A DNA stretch of 64,000 nucleotides from NCBI GenBank assembly GCA_965219385.1, contig CBDCNM010000002.1:1544936-1608935 (forward strand). The letters are read 5' to 3'. Below, one piece after another: positions 39,328-51,394 of the stretch (positions are counted from its first letter, which is position 1; the number at the start of each line of letters is the position of its first letter). This DNA comes from Candidatus Latescibacterota bacterium (lineage in GTDB: Bacteria > Latescibacterota > UBA2968 > UBA8231). Both the position numbers and the translations under genes were made by a program. The notes under the pieces are model-generated. The model saw nothing but the letters and a program-made list of their open reading frames with translations, was not told the DNA's origin and made no database searches.

Positions 39328-39816
39328 GTGCTGAAGCGAGTAATGGGCAAAATTTTCGGGTTCGAGAAGGAAATCCGTGGACTGCGCGAACAGGTCGAGA
39401 AGTTGAGCTGGGACACCTCGTTTGGCATGTGGACCCGGGGTGCGTTTTTGCAGTTCTGTCACGTCATGCCGCGCGGTTCACGGATCGTGGCGTTTATCGA
39501 TCTGGACGACATTCACGGTCTGAACGAGCGTCTGGGCTACACCGAGGTCGACCGGCGGGTAAAGGCGACCTTTTTTTCGATGTTTTTCCGGCGCAGCGAT
39601 GTAATGGCGAGGTGGTACTCGGGCGACGAAATCGTCATCCTCTTCGACGCGGACCGGATCGGGGCCGAGCGCAAGATGGCCGAGCTGGAGAAATCCGCCC
39701 ATAACCAGGGGTTGAGTTTCAAGTACAGGATCAGTGCGTGGGAGGTGGGAAAGACCTCCATCGAAGACGTGATCAAGAGGATGTCCGATCAAATCGCCGT
39801 GCAGAAAAGCGAGTAG
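39328..39816 (+). CDS. Small GGDEF-like domain protein (degenerate SGDEI)
   Basis: VAFIDLDDIHGLNERLGYTEVD...ARWYSGDEIVIL. Confidence 0.72.
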   Translation: MLKRVMGKIFGFEKEIRGLREQVEKLSWDTSFGMWTRGAFLQFCHVMPRGSRIVAFIDLDDIHGLNERLGYTEVDRRVKATFFSMFFRRSDVMARWYSGDEIVILFDADRIGAERKMAELEKSAHNQGLSFKYRISAWEVGKTSIEDVIKRMSDQIAVQKSE

Positions 39817-39915
39817 AACAGCTGCGGGAGGCGGGATCGAGGTGGGCGTTTTTTGTGTTTTGCGATATGGATCCGATTCTGGAGCTGGCCCAGCGCCACG
39901 GACTGGTGGTCTAGG

Positions 39916-40329
39916 TTATTTGAGTTGCGCCCCGGGCCACTGGTCGTCGCTGGAGGTCACGTCCACGGTGATGCCGTCGGGGTCTTCGACCTTAAAGGCC
40001 CCTTCCTCGAGGTTGTGGACATCGAGGGGGACCTTGCCGCCCAGACCGTCGGAGAAGATTTCGTAGCCCAGGTCCAGGAGGCGCTGAGCGGCCTGCTCCA
40101 GGTCGGGCACCCGGACGCCGATGTGGAGGTAGTCCAGCATGCCGCCAACGTGCGCGGGCCGCTCGGGGCCGTTGTGCTGGAAGACGCGGAAGTTGTGGTG
40201 GCCGTCGCTCAGATCGTAGCAGTTTTCCTGCTCGGAGAAGACCGGAATTCCCAGGCCGTCGCGCCAGAAGCGAATGGTTTTTTCCAGATCGGTGGCGCGG
40301 ACTCCGACGTGAACCAGGGTGCTGGACAT
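39916..40329 (-). CDS. VOC/glyoxalase-family protein
   Basis: HVGVRATDLEKTIRFW, HIGVRVPDL, EDPDGITVDV. Confidence 0.85.
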   Translation of the reverse strand: MSSTLVHVGVRATDLEKTIRFWRDGLGIPVFSEQENCYDLSDGHHNFRVFQHNGPERPAHVGGMLDYLHIGVRVPDLEQAAQRLLDLGYEIFSDGLGGKVPLDVHNLEEGAFKVEDPDGITVDVTSSDDQWPGAQLK

Positions 40330-40362
40330 GATCCTATCCTCCTTTGTTTTGTGGAACGGCAT

Positions 40363-40998
40363 TCAAGCTCTGTAGGTAATGCTGACCTCTGCCCCTATCA
40401 GAACAGCGGGATCGGTCTGACGCGGGCCGTGGGAGATCAGGCGGATTTCCACCTGGTTCTGGCCCTGCACCAGAGGCGGGCAGTCCAGGTCGTGCGGAAA
40501 GCCGTAGTCCTTCCCGGTCCGTACATCCCACTCGATACTGCCCCTGGGGATGTCCTCGCCCGGCCGCCCGATCAGCAGCTCGGGGTGCTGGTTGCGGAAC
40601 CTGCCGTAGTCCGGCGCCATCGGGTCCTTCTGGTAATGGCTGTTCATCCGGACCCGCGGAAAAAATTCCACCCCGGCCCGCCGGCACAGATTGACCAGGA
40701 CCGTCAGCGGCCCGCCGGCGGTCTCCATCAGGTGCCGGGTGTTTGCGGCCACCTTCCTCAAGTCGTCGGGGAGCTCGGCAAGATCGTATCCCTCTCCCAC
40801 GATCTCTCCGACGCGGGTTTCGTGGTGGTAGACCTCGTGATCGCCCACACTCCACCACAGGGATGCGGGGGTCCCCGCCAGTGCCTCTACCATTTTCTTC
40901 TGGATGATCTCGGGGGTGAGGTGGGGATCGTGAGTCATGATCCACGCATCATCCGTGAAGACGAGGGGGCGTTCCTCTTTGGTTTTCTTTCCTGTCAT
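40363..40998 (-). pseudogene. Probable internally deleted GHL10-like glycoside hydrolase remnant
   Basis: The N-terminal half (CRRAGVEFFPRVRMNSHY...HPELLIG...DYGFP) joins abruptly to a C-terminal beta tail (PLVQGQNQVEIRL...EVSITY). Confidence 0.5.
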
Positions 40999-41264
40999 GG
41001 CAAATACCTCCTAGGCCGGGCGCAGTACTGGCCCCGATGAACCGCAGGGGTACTTTAATATACAGACTGTTCACCTCCAGCCATAGTACCACAACCGACC
41101 TGGAGGACCGCTCCCGAACCACCCCCACCGCTGGTAGTCACGCTTTGGGGTCACCGGGAATTTCCAGACAACCCCCTCTCACCCCTACCTTGACACCCCG
41201 TCTCCTGCCCGCTAGATTCCTCCTGCGGCAACCCCGATTTTTCTACCTGTAAGGAGCGTATTCC

Positions 41265-42011
41265 ATGACCGAAGAAGAAAAATTCACGTTCGATCTCGAA
41301 GGCTACCTCATTATCAAAGACGTACTCAGCCCGCAGCACTTAGAGGAATTAAACGCCCTGGTAGACCAGTACGTCGACAACTGGGACAACGATTCCGCCA
41401 ACGACCTGAACAAGATCAGCAGCTGGGGCGAAGCCACCAAAAAACTGATCGACCACCCCAAAATCGTACCCTATCTGGTCGACCTCATCGGCCCAAGATT
41501 CAGAATCGATCACGACTACGCCATCATCATGAACCAGGGCGATACCCGCGGCGGGTTGCACGGCGGCCCCAGCCTGGACGGCGACCACTGGTACAGCTAC
41601 CGAGATGGCGAGATGCGCAACGGCCTGAGCGTGGTGACCTTTTTCCTGGCGGATGCCAACGAAGGGGACGGCGGTTTTGCCTGCGTGCCGGGGAGTCACA
41701 AGACCAATTTCCAGCACGGTCTCTCCAGGGACGTGAGGATCTTCGAACGCCCGGCCCACTACGTGGTCCAGCCCGCGGCCAAAGCCGGGGATGCCCTGTT
41801 CTTTACCGAGGCCCTCATCCACGGGACCATGCTCTGGCGGGCACAACACCAGCGCCGCACCCTGCTCTACAAGTACAGCCCGGGGTATTCGACCTGGGCC
41901 AAGGAATTCTACAACCTCGACAAGTACGGCGAGCTGACCGAGCAGCAAAAGCGCGTCATGGCCACCCCGTCCATGCACGAACACTCCGAAGTGGTCCAGA
42001 GCGACCCGTAG
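41265..42011 (+). CDS. PhyH-family Fe(II)/2OG enzyme with HxG motif
   Basis: FDLEGYLII, GGLHGG, GGFACVPGSHK, AKAGDALFFTEALIHGT, RRTLLYKY. Confidence 0.85.
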   Translation: MTEEEKFTFDLEGYLIIKDVLSPQHLEELNALVDQYVDNWDNDSANDLNKISSWGEATKKLIDHPKIVPYLVDLIGPRFRIDHDYAIIMNQGDTRGGLHGGPSLDGDHWYSYRDGEMRNGLSVVTFFLADANEGDGGFACVPGSHKTNFQHGLSRDVRIFERPAHYVVQPAAKAGDALFFTEALIHGTMLWRAQHQRRTLLYKYSPGYSTWAKEFYNLDKYGELTEQQKRVMATPSMHEHSEVVQSDP

Positions 42012-42248
42012 AGCATATCCACCCAGGGCCAGCACATCGGCTGGAGCCAGGGGCATGGAAGGCCACGCCGGCATCTTTGCCGGCCCTTCCTACACCAAAG
42101 CCTTCGTGCGCCTCAAGGTCCTGGTCTTCGACACCCTCCCCACAAATCCCAAACACCACGCCGATCTGCAGATAATTTGTTTGAGCCGGAGGGCTGGACC
42201 GTGTAAATCGTATTGACAATCACGATGTGATTGTATATCATTTAGATC

Positions 42249-43511
42249 ATGAACGATTTACACGATCTGGTGCCTCGCATCCAAACCCCTCTTCTCGCAC
42301 AAACCCTCCAGAACCACCCGGTTGTCATCCTGCACGGCGCCCGACAGACAGGCAAGACCACCCTGGCTAAAATCCCTTCCATAGGCGGCCGGCGAACCTA
42401 CCTGTCCCTCGATGACTTTGCCGTCCTGGATCGGGCCCAAAGAGACCCGGCCGCGCTGTTTTTGGGCCGCGAGTCCATCACCCTGGACGAGGTCCAGCGC
42501 CGGCCCGACCTGCTCCTGGCCATAAAGGCGGACATCGACCGCCGGCGCGTGTCCGGGCGGTTCTTATTGACAGGGTCCGCCAACCTGCTGTTGATGAAGA
42601 AGGTCTCCGAAAGCCTGGCAGGGAGGGCGGTCTACTTTCACCTGCCGCCGCTCACATGGGCCGAGATCGAGCGCAGAGATTTTGGTCAAGCGCTGGAAAC
42701 CATAGTCGCCAGCCCTTCTGCCGAAGAGGTTCTCCTGGGTTTGGAGGGGGCACCACCCCAGCCCGTGCGGCCCCTGACAACCGCCCTTTTTGCCGGGGGT
42801 TATCCAGTGCCGGCTCTAATGAACGAGGCTTCGTTCAGGACGCAGTGGTTTGATGGCTATGTCCACACCTATCTGGAACGCGACCTGAGGGATTTGTCCT
42901 CCACCGACAATCTGGTTGAATTCCGCCGGCTCATGCAACTTTGTGCCGTCCAGAATGGACGCTTGTTGAACACCGCCTCTCTGGCCAACGACGCGGGTAT
43001 TTCTCCTGCCACCGCCCGGCGTTACCTAAACATCCTGGAAGTATCGTTTCAAGTAAGGCGCATCCCGGCCTATGCCGTCAACAGGGGCAAACGCCTGATC
43101 AAAGCGCCTAAAATGTTCTGGGCGGACACCGGACTCGCCGCTTTTCTGGCCGGCCTGGACGCCGAAGAGACCCTGGAGGACAGCAAGGAATGGGGATTCT
43201 GGCTGGAAAATTGGGTCGGGATTCACCTGCTGGCCTATGCTTCGTTGAAAATTCCCAGGGTCTCGGTTTCCCACTGGAGGACATCGGGTGGGCACGAAGT
43301 CGACTTTGTCCTCGAAGCGGGCAAAAACCTGATACCCATCGAGGTAAAGGCGGCATCGCGGCCTTCGGGAAAGAATCTGCGCGGCCTGGAGATCTTTCTC
43401 GACACCTATCCCGATGCTCCTTTTGGCATCGTGGTTTGTTTATGCGAAGCGGCCGTGGCGCTCTCTTCCAGGATAATCGCCGTTCCCATATCCCAATTGC
43501 TCTTATCGTGA
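42249..43511 (+). CDS. AAA_14 ATPase with DUF4143 and C-terminal PD-(D/E)xK-like domain
   Basis: GARQTGKTT, LDEVQR, FLLTGSA, ESLAGR, GGYP, DTGL, EVDFV...IEVK. Confidence 0.9.
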   Translation: MNDLHDLVPRIQTPLLAQTLQNHPVVILHGARQTGKTTLAKIPSIGGRRTYLSLDDFAVLDRAQRDPAALFLGRESITLDEVQRRPDLLLAIKADIDRRRVSGRFLLTGSANLLLMKKVSESLAGRAVYFHLPPLTWAEIERRDFGQALETIVASPSAEEVLLGLEGAPPQPVRPLTTALFAGGYPVPALMNEASFRTQWFDGYVHTYLERDLRDLSSTDNLVEFRRLMQLCAVQNGRLLNTASLANDAGISPATARRYLNILEVSFQVRRIPAYAVNRGKRLIKAPKMFWADTGLAAFLAGLDAEETLEDSKEWGFWLENWVGIHLLAYASLKIPRVSVSHWRTSGGHEVDFVLEAGKNLIPIEVKAASRPSGKNLRGLEIFLDTYPDAPFGIVVCLCEAAVALSSRIIAVPISQLLLS

Positions 43512-43591
43512 AATCGCAGAGTTCACCTGTTGCAACTGGGACGCGAGCAATTTCGCCAAGTCCCGGTTGCATTTTTGCTCCTTGACGAGGC

Positions 43592-44470
43592 ATGCCCGAG
43601 CAAAAAAAAGCCTACCTCTACGGCCTTGCCACGGTGCTGCTGTGGTCCACCGTGGCCTCGGCTTTCAAGCTCTCCCTTCGCTACCTGGACCCCATCCAGC
43701 TCCTGCTCTACTCCAGCGCCTTCTCCCTCCTCGCCCTGGGCGCTGTCCTGATCGTCCAGGGCAAGCTCAAGCTGGTCTTTTCAGCTCCCCAAAGACACTA
43801 CCTGCAATCCCTTGGACTGGGCTTTCTGAACCCCTTCCTCTACTACCTGGTCCTGTTCAAGGCCTACGATTTGCTGCCGGCCCAGGAGGCCCAGCCCCTC
43901 AACTACACCTGGGCCCTCACCTTGACCTTTCTATCCATCCCGCTCCTCAAGCAAAAGATCGGCTTCAAAGACATCGCCGCCGGCCTGGTGAGCTACTCGG
44001 GGGTCGTGGTCATTTCCACCCACGGCGATGTCCTCGGCCTGCACTTCTCCAATCCCCTGGGCGTGGCCCTGGCCCTGGGCAGTACCCTCATCTGGGCCCT
44101 CTACTGGATCTACAACGCCCGCAGCGATTGCGACCCGGTGGTCGGCCTCTTCCTCAACTTCGCCTTCAGCCTGCCCTTCACCCTGGTCTTCACCCTGCTG
44201 TTTTCACAGGTCCAGGTGTCCAGTCTCCACCACCTGCTCGGCGCCGCCTACGTGGGGTTCTTCGAGATGGGTTTTGCCTTCGTGCTCTGGCTCTGGGCCC
44301 TGAAGCTGTCTGAAAACGCTGCAAAGGTAGGAAATCTGATCTTCATCGCCCCCTTTCTCTCTCTCGTCTTCATCCACTTCCTGGTCGGCGAAGAAATCCT
44401 GCCCTCGACCTTTACCGGTCTGGTCCTCATCGTCGCCGGCCTCCTCATTCAACGCCTCAAGCGAGGATAA
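43592..44470 (+). CDS. DMT/EamA-family transporter
   Basis: LWSTVASAFKL, LLPAQEAQPLNYTW; about ten hydrophobic segments. Confidence 0.9.
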   Translation: MPEQKKAYLYGLATVLLWSTVASAFKLSLRYLDPIQLLLYSSAFSLLALGAVLIVQGKLKLVFSAPQRHYLQSLGLGFLNPFLYYLVLFKAYDLLPAQEAQPLNYTWALTLTFLSIPLLKQKIGFKDIAAGLVSYSGVVVISTHGDVLGLHFSNPLGVALALGSTLIWALYWIYNARSDCDPVVGLFLNFAFSLPFTLVFTLLFSQVQVSSLHHLLGAAYVGFFEMGFAFVLWLWALKLSENAAKVGNLIFIAPFLSLVFIHFLVGEEILPSTFTGLVLIVAGLLIQRLKRG

Positions 44471-44648
44471 TTCCAAGGAGAAGCGACACCCTGCTACAGG
44501 TGCCGGTTCGGGTCGGCGCAGTTGCGCCTGGAGATAGCCGACCTGGGCGAACCTCCCTTCGCCGTATCCATCAAGGTTCGCAAATCTTCTTGATTCCGCA
44601 CGAAATACCTTTTGAATGCAGGTCATGCCTTGAGTATCTTAGTGGGTC

Positions 44649-46757
44649 ATGAAAAGGACTGACCTGTACAAACCAAACCTGCTTCTGGGGTTGTTTCTCG
44701 TTCTGAAGATGACCGCTCTACATGCCGAGGTCTCCCCGGCCGAAGACCTCGTCACCCTGGAAGAAACCGTGGTGACGGCCTCGCGGGCGGACCAGACCCT
44801 GGGGGATCTTCCCGCCCACGCGACCATCCTCACCCGCGCGGATATCCGCCGCTCGCCGGCCCGGACCCTGGACGATTTCCTGCGCCAGGTGCCCGGCTTC
44901 AGCCTCTTCCGCCGCTCCAGCAGCGCGGTGGCCCACCCCACCACCCAGGGGGTATCCCTGCGCGGCATCGGGGCCAGCGGGGCCAGCCGCACCCTGGTGT
45001 TGCTGGACGGCATGCCCCTCAACGACCCCTTCGGCGGCTGGGTGCAGTGGAGCAAGGTCCGCCTGCAGCACCTGGAGCGGGTCGAGGTGCTGCGCGGCGG
45101 CGGGGCGCACATCTGGGGCAACTACGCCCTGGGCGGCGTCATCCACCTTTCAACCCCGCAACCCCGGGAAGGGACCCTGGCCCTCTCGGCGGCGGGCGGC
45201 GACAGGGAAACCGCCGACCTGGACTTTGTCGCCGCCCGACGCTTCGGTGGTGTGGGCCTGGGCCTGGAAGGCGCCTACTTCACCACCGGGGGCTACCCCA
45301 TCGTGCGCCCGGACCAGCGCGGCGCCATCGACGAAGAGGCGAACTCCGAAAACCAGAGCCTCCGGATCAAGCTGTCCCGCGAGTTTTCAGAGGATGCCGA
45401 CCTCTTCCTGCACGCCGGCGGTTTCGACGAAAAGCGCGGCAACGGCACCCCCCTCACAAAAAACAGCACCCGGGCCGGGTACGCCGGAGCGCGCCTCATC
45501 CTGAGGACGGCGGACAAGGGCAGGTGGACCCTCACCGGCTTTGCCCAGGTGCAACAATTCGAGAGCGCGTTCTCCTCCCAGGCCGCTGACCGCAGCTCGG
45601 AGCGCCTGGCCCTGGACCAGTTCGAGGTGCCCTCCAGTGCGCTGGGCGCCAGCCTGGAGTGGCTGAAACCGCTGGGCGCCCACCTGCTCACCGCCGGGTC
45701 GGACTTTCGCCGGGCCACGGGGGAGACCAACGAGGACTTCCGCAACCTGACCGGTCGCTTCACCCGGCGTCGCCAGGCCGGCGGGGACCAGCAGCTGGTG
45801 GGCTTTTACCTGCAGGATATCTTCGCGCCCGCGCCCCGCTGGCAGCTCACCGTGGGAGGCCGGGTGGACCACTGGCGCAGCTTTTCGGGCCAACGCCGCG
45901 AAGAGGACCTGGAGAACCCGCAAACCCTGCGCGACGACACCTTTGCCGAGCGCAGGCACTGGATCGTCAACCCCAAGGCCGGGCTCCGCTTTCACGCCAC
46001 CGATCACCTTTCCCTGCGCGGCGCCCTCTACCGAACCTTTCGCGCCCCCACCCTCAACGAACTCTTTCGCCCCTTCCGGGTGCGCAACGATATCACCGAA
46101 GCCAACCCGGACCTGGACCCGGAGCGCCTGCACGGCGCCGAAATCGGCGTGGACCTTTTTGCCCCTTCCCTGAGGGGCCGCCTGACCGGGTACTGGAACC
46201 GGGTCGAGGACCCCATCTTCAACCTGACCCTCGCCGCCAACAGTACGGGCGCGGTGATCAATCCCTGCGGCTTTGTGCCCCAGGGTGGAAGCTGTCGCCA
46301 GCGACACAACCTGGAGCGCGCCCGCATCCGCGGCCTCGAAGCCGAATTGAACTACCACAAAGGGCTGTTTTGGAGGGGCTCTCTGCGCTATCTTTTCACC
46401 CACGGCGGAATCACCGCTGCACCCGCCCGGCCCATTCTGGAGGGCAAGCGTCTGCCGCAGGTGCCCGCGCACCGCCTGGTACTGCAGCTGGGCTATGCCC
46501 GTCCGACCCTGGTGCGGGCAACGCTCCAGGGACGCTACCTAGGCAAGCAGTACGAGGATGATATCAACACCCTCGAACTGGGCGACTTCGCGGTGGTGGA
46601 CCTGTCCCTGGCACGTCCTCTCAAAACCGGGACCGAGGTGTTTTTGCGGGTGGAAAACCTCCTCGACCAGTTCTATGCCGTGGGCCGGGCCAGCAGTGGC
46701 ATTGTGACCGAAGGCGCGCCCAGGCTTTTCCACGGAGGGTTGCGAGCGCAGTTTTGA
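44649..46757 (+). CDS. TonB-dependent outer-membrane receptor
   Basis: TonB box ETVVTASR; plug SLRGIG..SRTLVLLDGMP, ERVEVLRGG, ALGGVI; FRAPTLNEL; terminal Phe. Confidence 0.92.
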   Translation: MKRTDLYKPNLLLGLFLVLKMTALHAEVSPAEDLVTLEETVVTASRADQTLGDLPAHATILTRADIRRSPARTLDDFLRQVPGFSLFRRSSSAVAHPTTQGVSLRGIGASGASRTLVLLDGMPLNDPFGGWVQWSKVRLQHLERVEVLRGGGAHIWGNYALGGVIHLSTPQPREGTLALSAAGGDRETADLDFVAARRFGGVGLGLEGAYFTTGGYPIVRPDQRGAIDEEANSENQSLRIKLSREFSEDADLFLHAGGFDEKRGNGTPLTKNSTRAGYAGARLILRTADKGRWTLTGFAQVQQFESAFSSQAADRSSERLALDQFEVPSSALGASLEWLKPLGAHLLTAGSDFRRATGETNEDFRNLTGRFTRRRQAGGDQQLVGFYLQDIFAPAPRWQLTVGGRVDHWRSFSGQRREEDLENPQTLRDDTFAERRHWIVNPKAGLRFHATDHLSLRGALYRTFRAPTLNELFRPFRVRNDITEANPDLDPERLHGAEIGVDLFAPSLRGRLTGYWNRVEDPIFNLTLAANSTGAVINPCGFVPQGGSCRQRHNLERARIRGLEAELNYHKGLFWRGSLRYLFTHGGITAAPARPILEGKRLPQVPAHRLVLQLGYARPTLVRATLQGRYLGKQYEDDINTLELGDFAVVDLSLARPLKTGTEVFLRVENLLDQFYAVGRASSGIVTEGAPRLFHGGLRAQF

Positions 46758-46790
46758 ATTTTTCTACAGAATTCTTTAAGGAGGTCTACC

Positions 46791-48755
46791 ATGTCCAGAA
46801 CGCGCCGTTTTCCAGCGCATTTGATCCTGTCTCTTGGCCTGAGCGGCCTGCTCGTCCCTGGCTTTCATGCCGACCCTAACGGCGAATGGCGCTCCTATGG
46901 CGGGGCAAAGACCAGTTCCAAGTACGCCTCCCTCGAGCAAATCAACCCGGACAATGTCGCCGACCTGCAAGTCGTCTGGCGCTGGAACTCCATCGATAAC
47001 CCGGTCCTGGCGGCCCACCCCGAACTGTGGACCATGGTGAACGAGGCCACCCCTCTCGCCATCGGCGGGGTGCTCTACACCAGCACCGCCCTCGGCCAGG
47101 TGGCCGCCCTCGACGGGGTCAGCGGCCAGACCATCTGGACCTACGATTCCGAAACCCACAAGGACGGCACCCCGGCCAACACCGGGTTTGTGCACCGCGG
47201 GGTCTCCTACTGGGAGGACGGGGAGGATCAGCGGATCATCTTCGGCACGGGCGACGCCTACCTGATCGCCCTGGACGCCAAAACCGGGAAACCCATCCAG
47301 GGATTCGGCCGCAACGGCCGGGTAGATCTGACCAAGGGTCTGCGCCGGCCCTTTGAACGGGCGTTCTACTCGGTCAACTCACCGCCCGTGATTTGCGGCG
47401 ACGTGGTCGTGGTGGGCGCCACGGTCCTGGACGCCTTTGCCGTGGGCATGGCGCCCCACAAAACCATGCCGCCGGGGGATGTCCGCGGCTTTGACGCGCG
47501 CACCGGCGAACAACTGTGGGTCTTCCAGTCCATCCCCCAGGAAGGCGAGTTCGGCAACGAGACCTGGGAAAACGACTCCTGGGAAACCACCGGCAGCACC
47601 AATGTGTGGACCATGATGAGCGCCGACGAGGAACTGGGCTACGTGTACCTGCCCTTCAGCACCCCCACCAACGACTACTACGGCGGGGAACGCCCCGGCG
47701 ACAACCTCTTCGCCGAAAGCCTGGTGTGCCTCAACGCCCAGACCGGGGAACGCGTCTGGCACTTCCAGATCCTGCACCACGGCCTGTGGGACTACGATCT
47801 GCCCGCCGCGCCCAACCTGGTCGATATCGCGGTCGACGGCAGGAAGATCAAGGCCGTGGCCCAGATCACCAAACAGGCGTTCTGCTTTGTCTTCAACCGC
47901 GAGACCGGAGAGCCCATCTGGCCCATCCAGGAACGCCCGGTCCCCCAATCCAGCGCACCCAGGGAAAAATCATCGCCCACCCAGCCCTTCCCCAGCAAAC
48001 CCCTGCCCTTCGACCGCCAGGGATTGACCCACGACGATTTGATCGACTTCACCCCCGAACTGCGCCAGATGGCCATCGACATCGTCGAAGATTACGACTA
48101 CGGGCCGCTCTACACCCCGCCCTCGGAAAAGGGCACCCTCGTCATGCCCGGCATCATCGGCGGGGGTAGCTGGGCCGGCGCCGCGGTGGATCCAGACCGG
48201 GGCATCATCTACATTCCTTCCTATACCTATCCGGCCACCATAACCCTGAAGGAAAGGGAAGACGCGGACTACGCCTACACCGGCGAACTGGTACTGGGCT
48301 TGAAGGGGCCGCGCGGTCTGCCCCTGACCAAAGCCCCCTACGGCCGCATCACCGCCATAGACCTCAACACCGGGGACCACAAGTGGATGAAGCCGGTCGG
48401 AGATGGACCGCGCAACCACCCCACCTTGCGGCACCTCGATCTGCCGCCCCTGGGCTGGGCCCAGCGCAACTTTCCCCTGCTGACCTCATCCCTGCTCTTT
48501 GCCGCAACCCAGGCGCAGTGGGATGGACTCGGCAATTCGCCCCGGGGCAATGCCATCGAAGTCGAATTTCAGGACACCAATGCCTTTCTATGGGCTTTCG
48601 ATCCGGAGGACGGCAGGCAGATCGCCAGAATACAACTGCCCAGCAATGCGCAGGGCGCTCCAATCACCTACACGGCCGGCGGCAAGCAGTACATCGCCAT
48701 CCCCATAGGAGGGGCCAATCAGCCCGCCGAGTTGATCGCCCTGAGCCTGCCGTGA
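46791..48755 (+). CDS. PQQ-dependent dehydrogenase (glucose/quinate-type)
   Basis: YASLEQINPDNVADL, EATPL, HRGVSYW, WHFQILHHGLWDYD, PITY..GGKQYI. Confidence 0.9.
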   Translation: MSRTRRFPAHLILSLGLSGLLVPGFHADPNGEWRSYGGAKTSSKYASLEQINPDNVADLQVVWRWNSIDNPVLAAHPELWTMVNEATPLAIGGVLYTSTALGQVAALDGVSGQTIWTYDSETHKDGTPANTGFVHRGVSYWEDGEDQRIIFGTGDAYLIALDAKTGKPIQGFGRNGRVDLTKGLRRPFERAFYSVNSPPVICGDVVVVGATVLDAFAVGMAPHKTMPPGDVRGFDARTGEQLWVFQSIPQEGEFGNETWENDSWETTGSTNVWTMMSADEELGYVYLPFSTPTNDYYGGERPGDNLFAESLVCLNAQTGERVWHFQILHHGLWDYDLPAAPNLVDIAVDGRKIKAVAQITKQAFCFVFNRETGEPIWPIQERPVPQSSAPREKSSPTQPFPSKPLPFDRQGLTHDDLIDFTPELRQMAIDIVEDYDYGPLYTPPSEKGTLVMPGIIGGGSWAGAAVDPDRGIIYIPSYTYPATITLKEREDADYAYTGELVLGLKGPRGLPLTKAPYGRITAIDLNTGDHKWMKPVGDGPRNHPTLRHLDLPPLGWAQRNFPLLTSSLLFAATQAQWDGLGNSPRGNAIEVEFQDTNAFLWAFDPEDGRQIARIQLPSNAQGAPITYTAGGKQYIAIPIGGANQPAELIALSLP

Positions 48756-48762
48756 GAAAAGC

Positions 48763-49758
48763 CTACTCCTCACCTTCTATCTCATCATAGAAATCCACTA
48801 TGCTACCCTTATCCTTGGAGGCGTTAAACGCCATGCCCGCCCGCGGGTGCTGATTCAACAGACCAGTGATCATGTAGGGTAAATCGAAACCCCACATCAG
48901 CTTTTCCCGCAAAGGCTCGATGTCGCCCTCGATGCACTGCAGCAAAGGCCGCAGACGGAACTTGGGGTTGTGCAGAAAACTCAGCAACAACTCCATCTGG
49001 CAATTGCCGGCGCCGCGCCCCAATCCCGCCATGCTCGCGTCGAGCATGTTGGCGCCCTTGATCGCCGCCTCGATGGTATTGCCAAAGGCCAGCTGCCGGT
49101 TGTTGTGGGCGTGCATGCCCACCTGCTTGCCCACCGGCTCCATGAACGAGAGGAACTTATCCACCAGCGCATCCACCTGCTCGCAGTAGAGGGCCCCGAA
49201 GCTGTCCACCACGTAGACCGCCTCGACCTCGGAATCCGCCAGGAGCCGCAGCGCCTCGTCCAGATCGCGCTCCTGAACGGTCGAAATCGCCATCAGATTC
49301 AGGGTGGTCTCGTAGCCCTTGTCGTGGGCATCCTTGATCATGTCCAGGGCCAGGGGCATCTGGTGGATATAGGTGGCGATCCGGATCATGTCCACCACGC
49401 TTTCCTGACAGGGCAGGACGTCCTCTTTGTAATCGCTTTTTTCGGCATCGGCCATGACGCACAGCTTCAAGTCCGTATCGTTGTCGCCGACGATGCGGCG
49501 TATATCGTCTTCGTCGCTGTGCTTCCAGGCGCCGTTTTCGTCCGGAGGAAAGATCTTCTTGGAATTTCTGTAGCCAATCTCCATGTAGTCGATACCGCCC
49601 GACACGCAGGCATCGTACACCGCTTTCACGGTTTTGTCCTCAAACTTGTGGTCGTTCATCAGGCCTCCGTCGCGGATGGTGCAATCTATGATCTTGATTT
49701 CCGCCCGGTAGGATATCCACTTGCCGGCAGGGGTTTTTTGCGGGTTGGTTTCCTGCAT
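48763..49758 (-). CDS. DRE-TIM (HMGL-like) aldolase, 4-hydroxy-2-oxovalerate aldolase-like
   Basis: DCTIRDGG, VDSFG, HAHNNRQLA, GLGRGAGN. Confidence 0.85.
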   Translation of the reverse strand: MQETNPQKTPAGKWISYRAEIKIIDCTIRDGGLMNDHKFEDKTVKAVYDACVSGGIDYMEIGYRNSKKIFPPDENGAWKHSDEDDIRRIVGDNDTDLKLCVMADAEKSDYKEDVLPCQESVVDMIRIATYIHQMPLALDMIKDAHDKGYETTLNLMAISTVQERDLDEALRLLADSEVEAVYVVDSFGALYCEQVDALVDKFLSFMEPVGKQVGMHAHNNRQLAFGNTIEAAIKGANMLDASMAGLGRGAGNCQMELLLSFLHNPKFRLRPLLQCIEGDIEPLREKLMWGFDLPYMITGLLNQHPRAGMAFNASKDKGSIVDFYDEIEGEE

Positions 49759-49957
49759 GGTTTTTCTCCTTCAGGTTTGAAATCTGGATCCTCCACTTCG
49801 GTGAAAATGACGCTTTTCTTCACCGGTTAAAGTCTGATACCGCAGCAGCGCCAAATAATAAAAAGCTCTTCGCGCCGGCCCCGGCCCTGGACGAGAGACT
49901 GAGGCGGGAACTCGAACAACTCAAACAGGCGCTGAAGGCGTTTGAGGAGACGCGCTG

Positions 49958-51244
<1,287 letters not shown>

Positions 51245-51394
51245 GGTCTATTCTCCTGTTATTTGATCCAGCGCATGTCCTCGCCACGCACCGCGTAACT
51301 TCACGGAATCGGCGGTTGGCCATGCGGGGCTTGAGGTCCAAATAGGTACGGGTATTTCGTGAAGTACTGATAGTAGACCCCGATGGCTGCAGTG

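Noticed and set aside
42249..43511. AAA_14/DUF4143 ATPase as part of the CRISPR system
   Set aside because: It is about 29 kb from the cas locus, is a widespread solitary family, and has no defence neighbours here.
44471..44648. Riboswitch upstream of the TonB receptor
   Set aside because: No recognisable cobalamin or TPP consensus by eye. It reads more like a coding remnant, and an Rfam scan would be needed.
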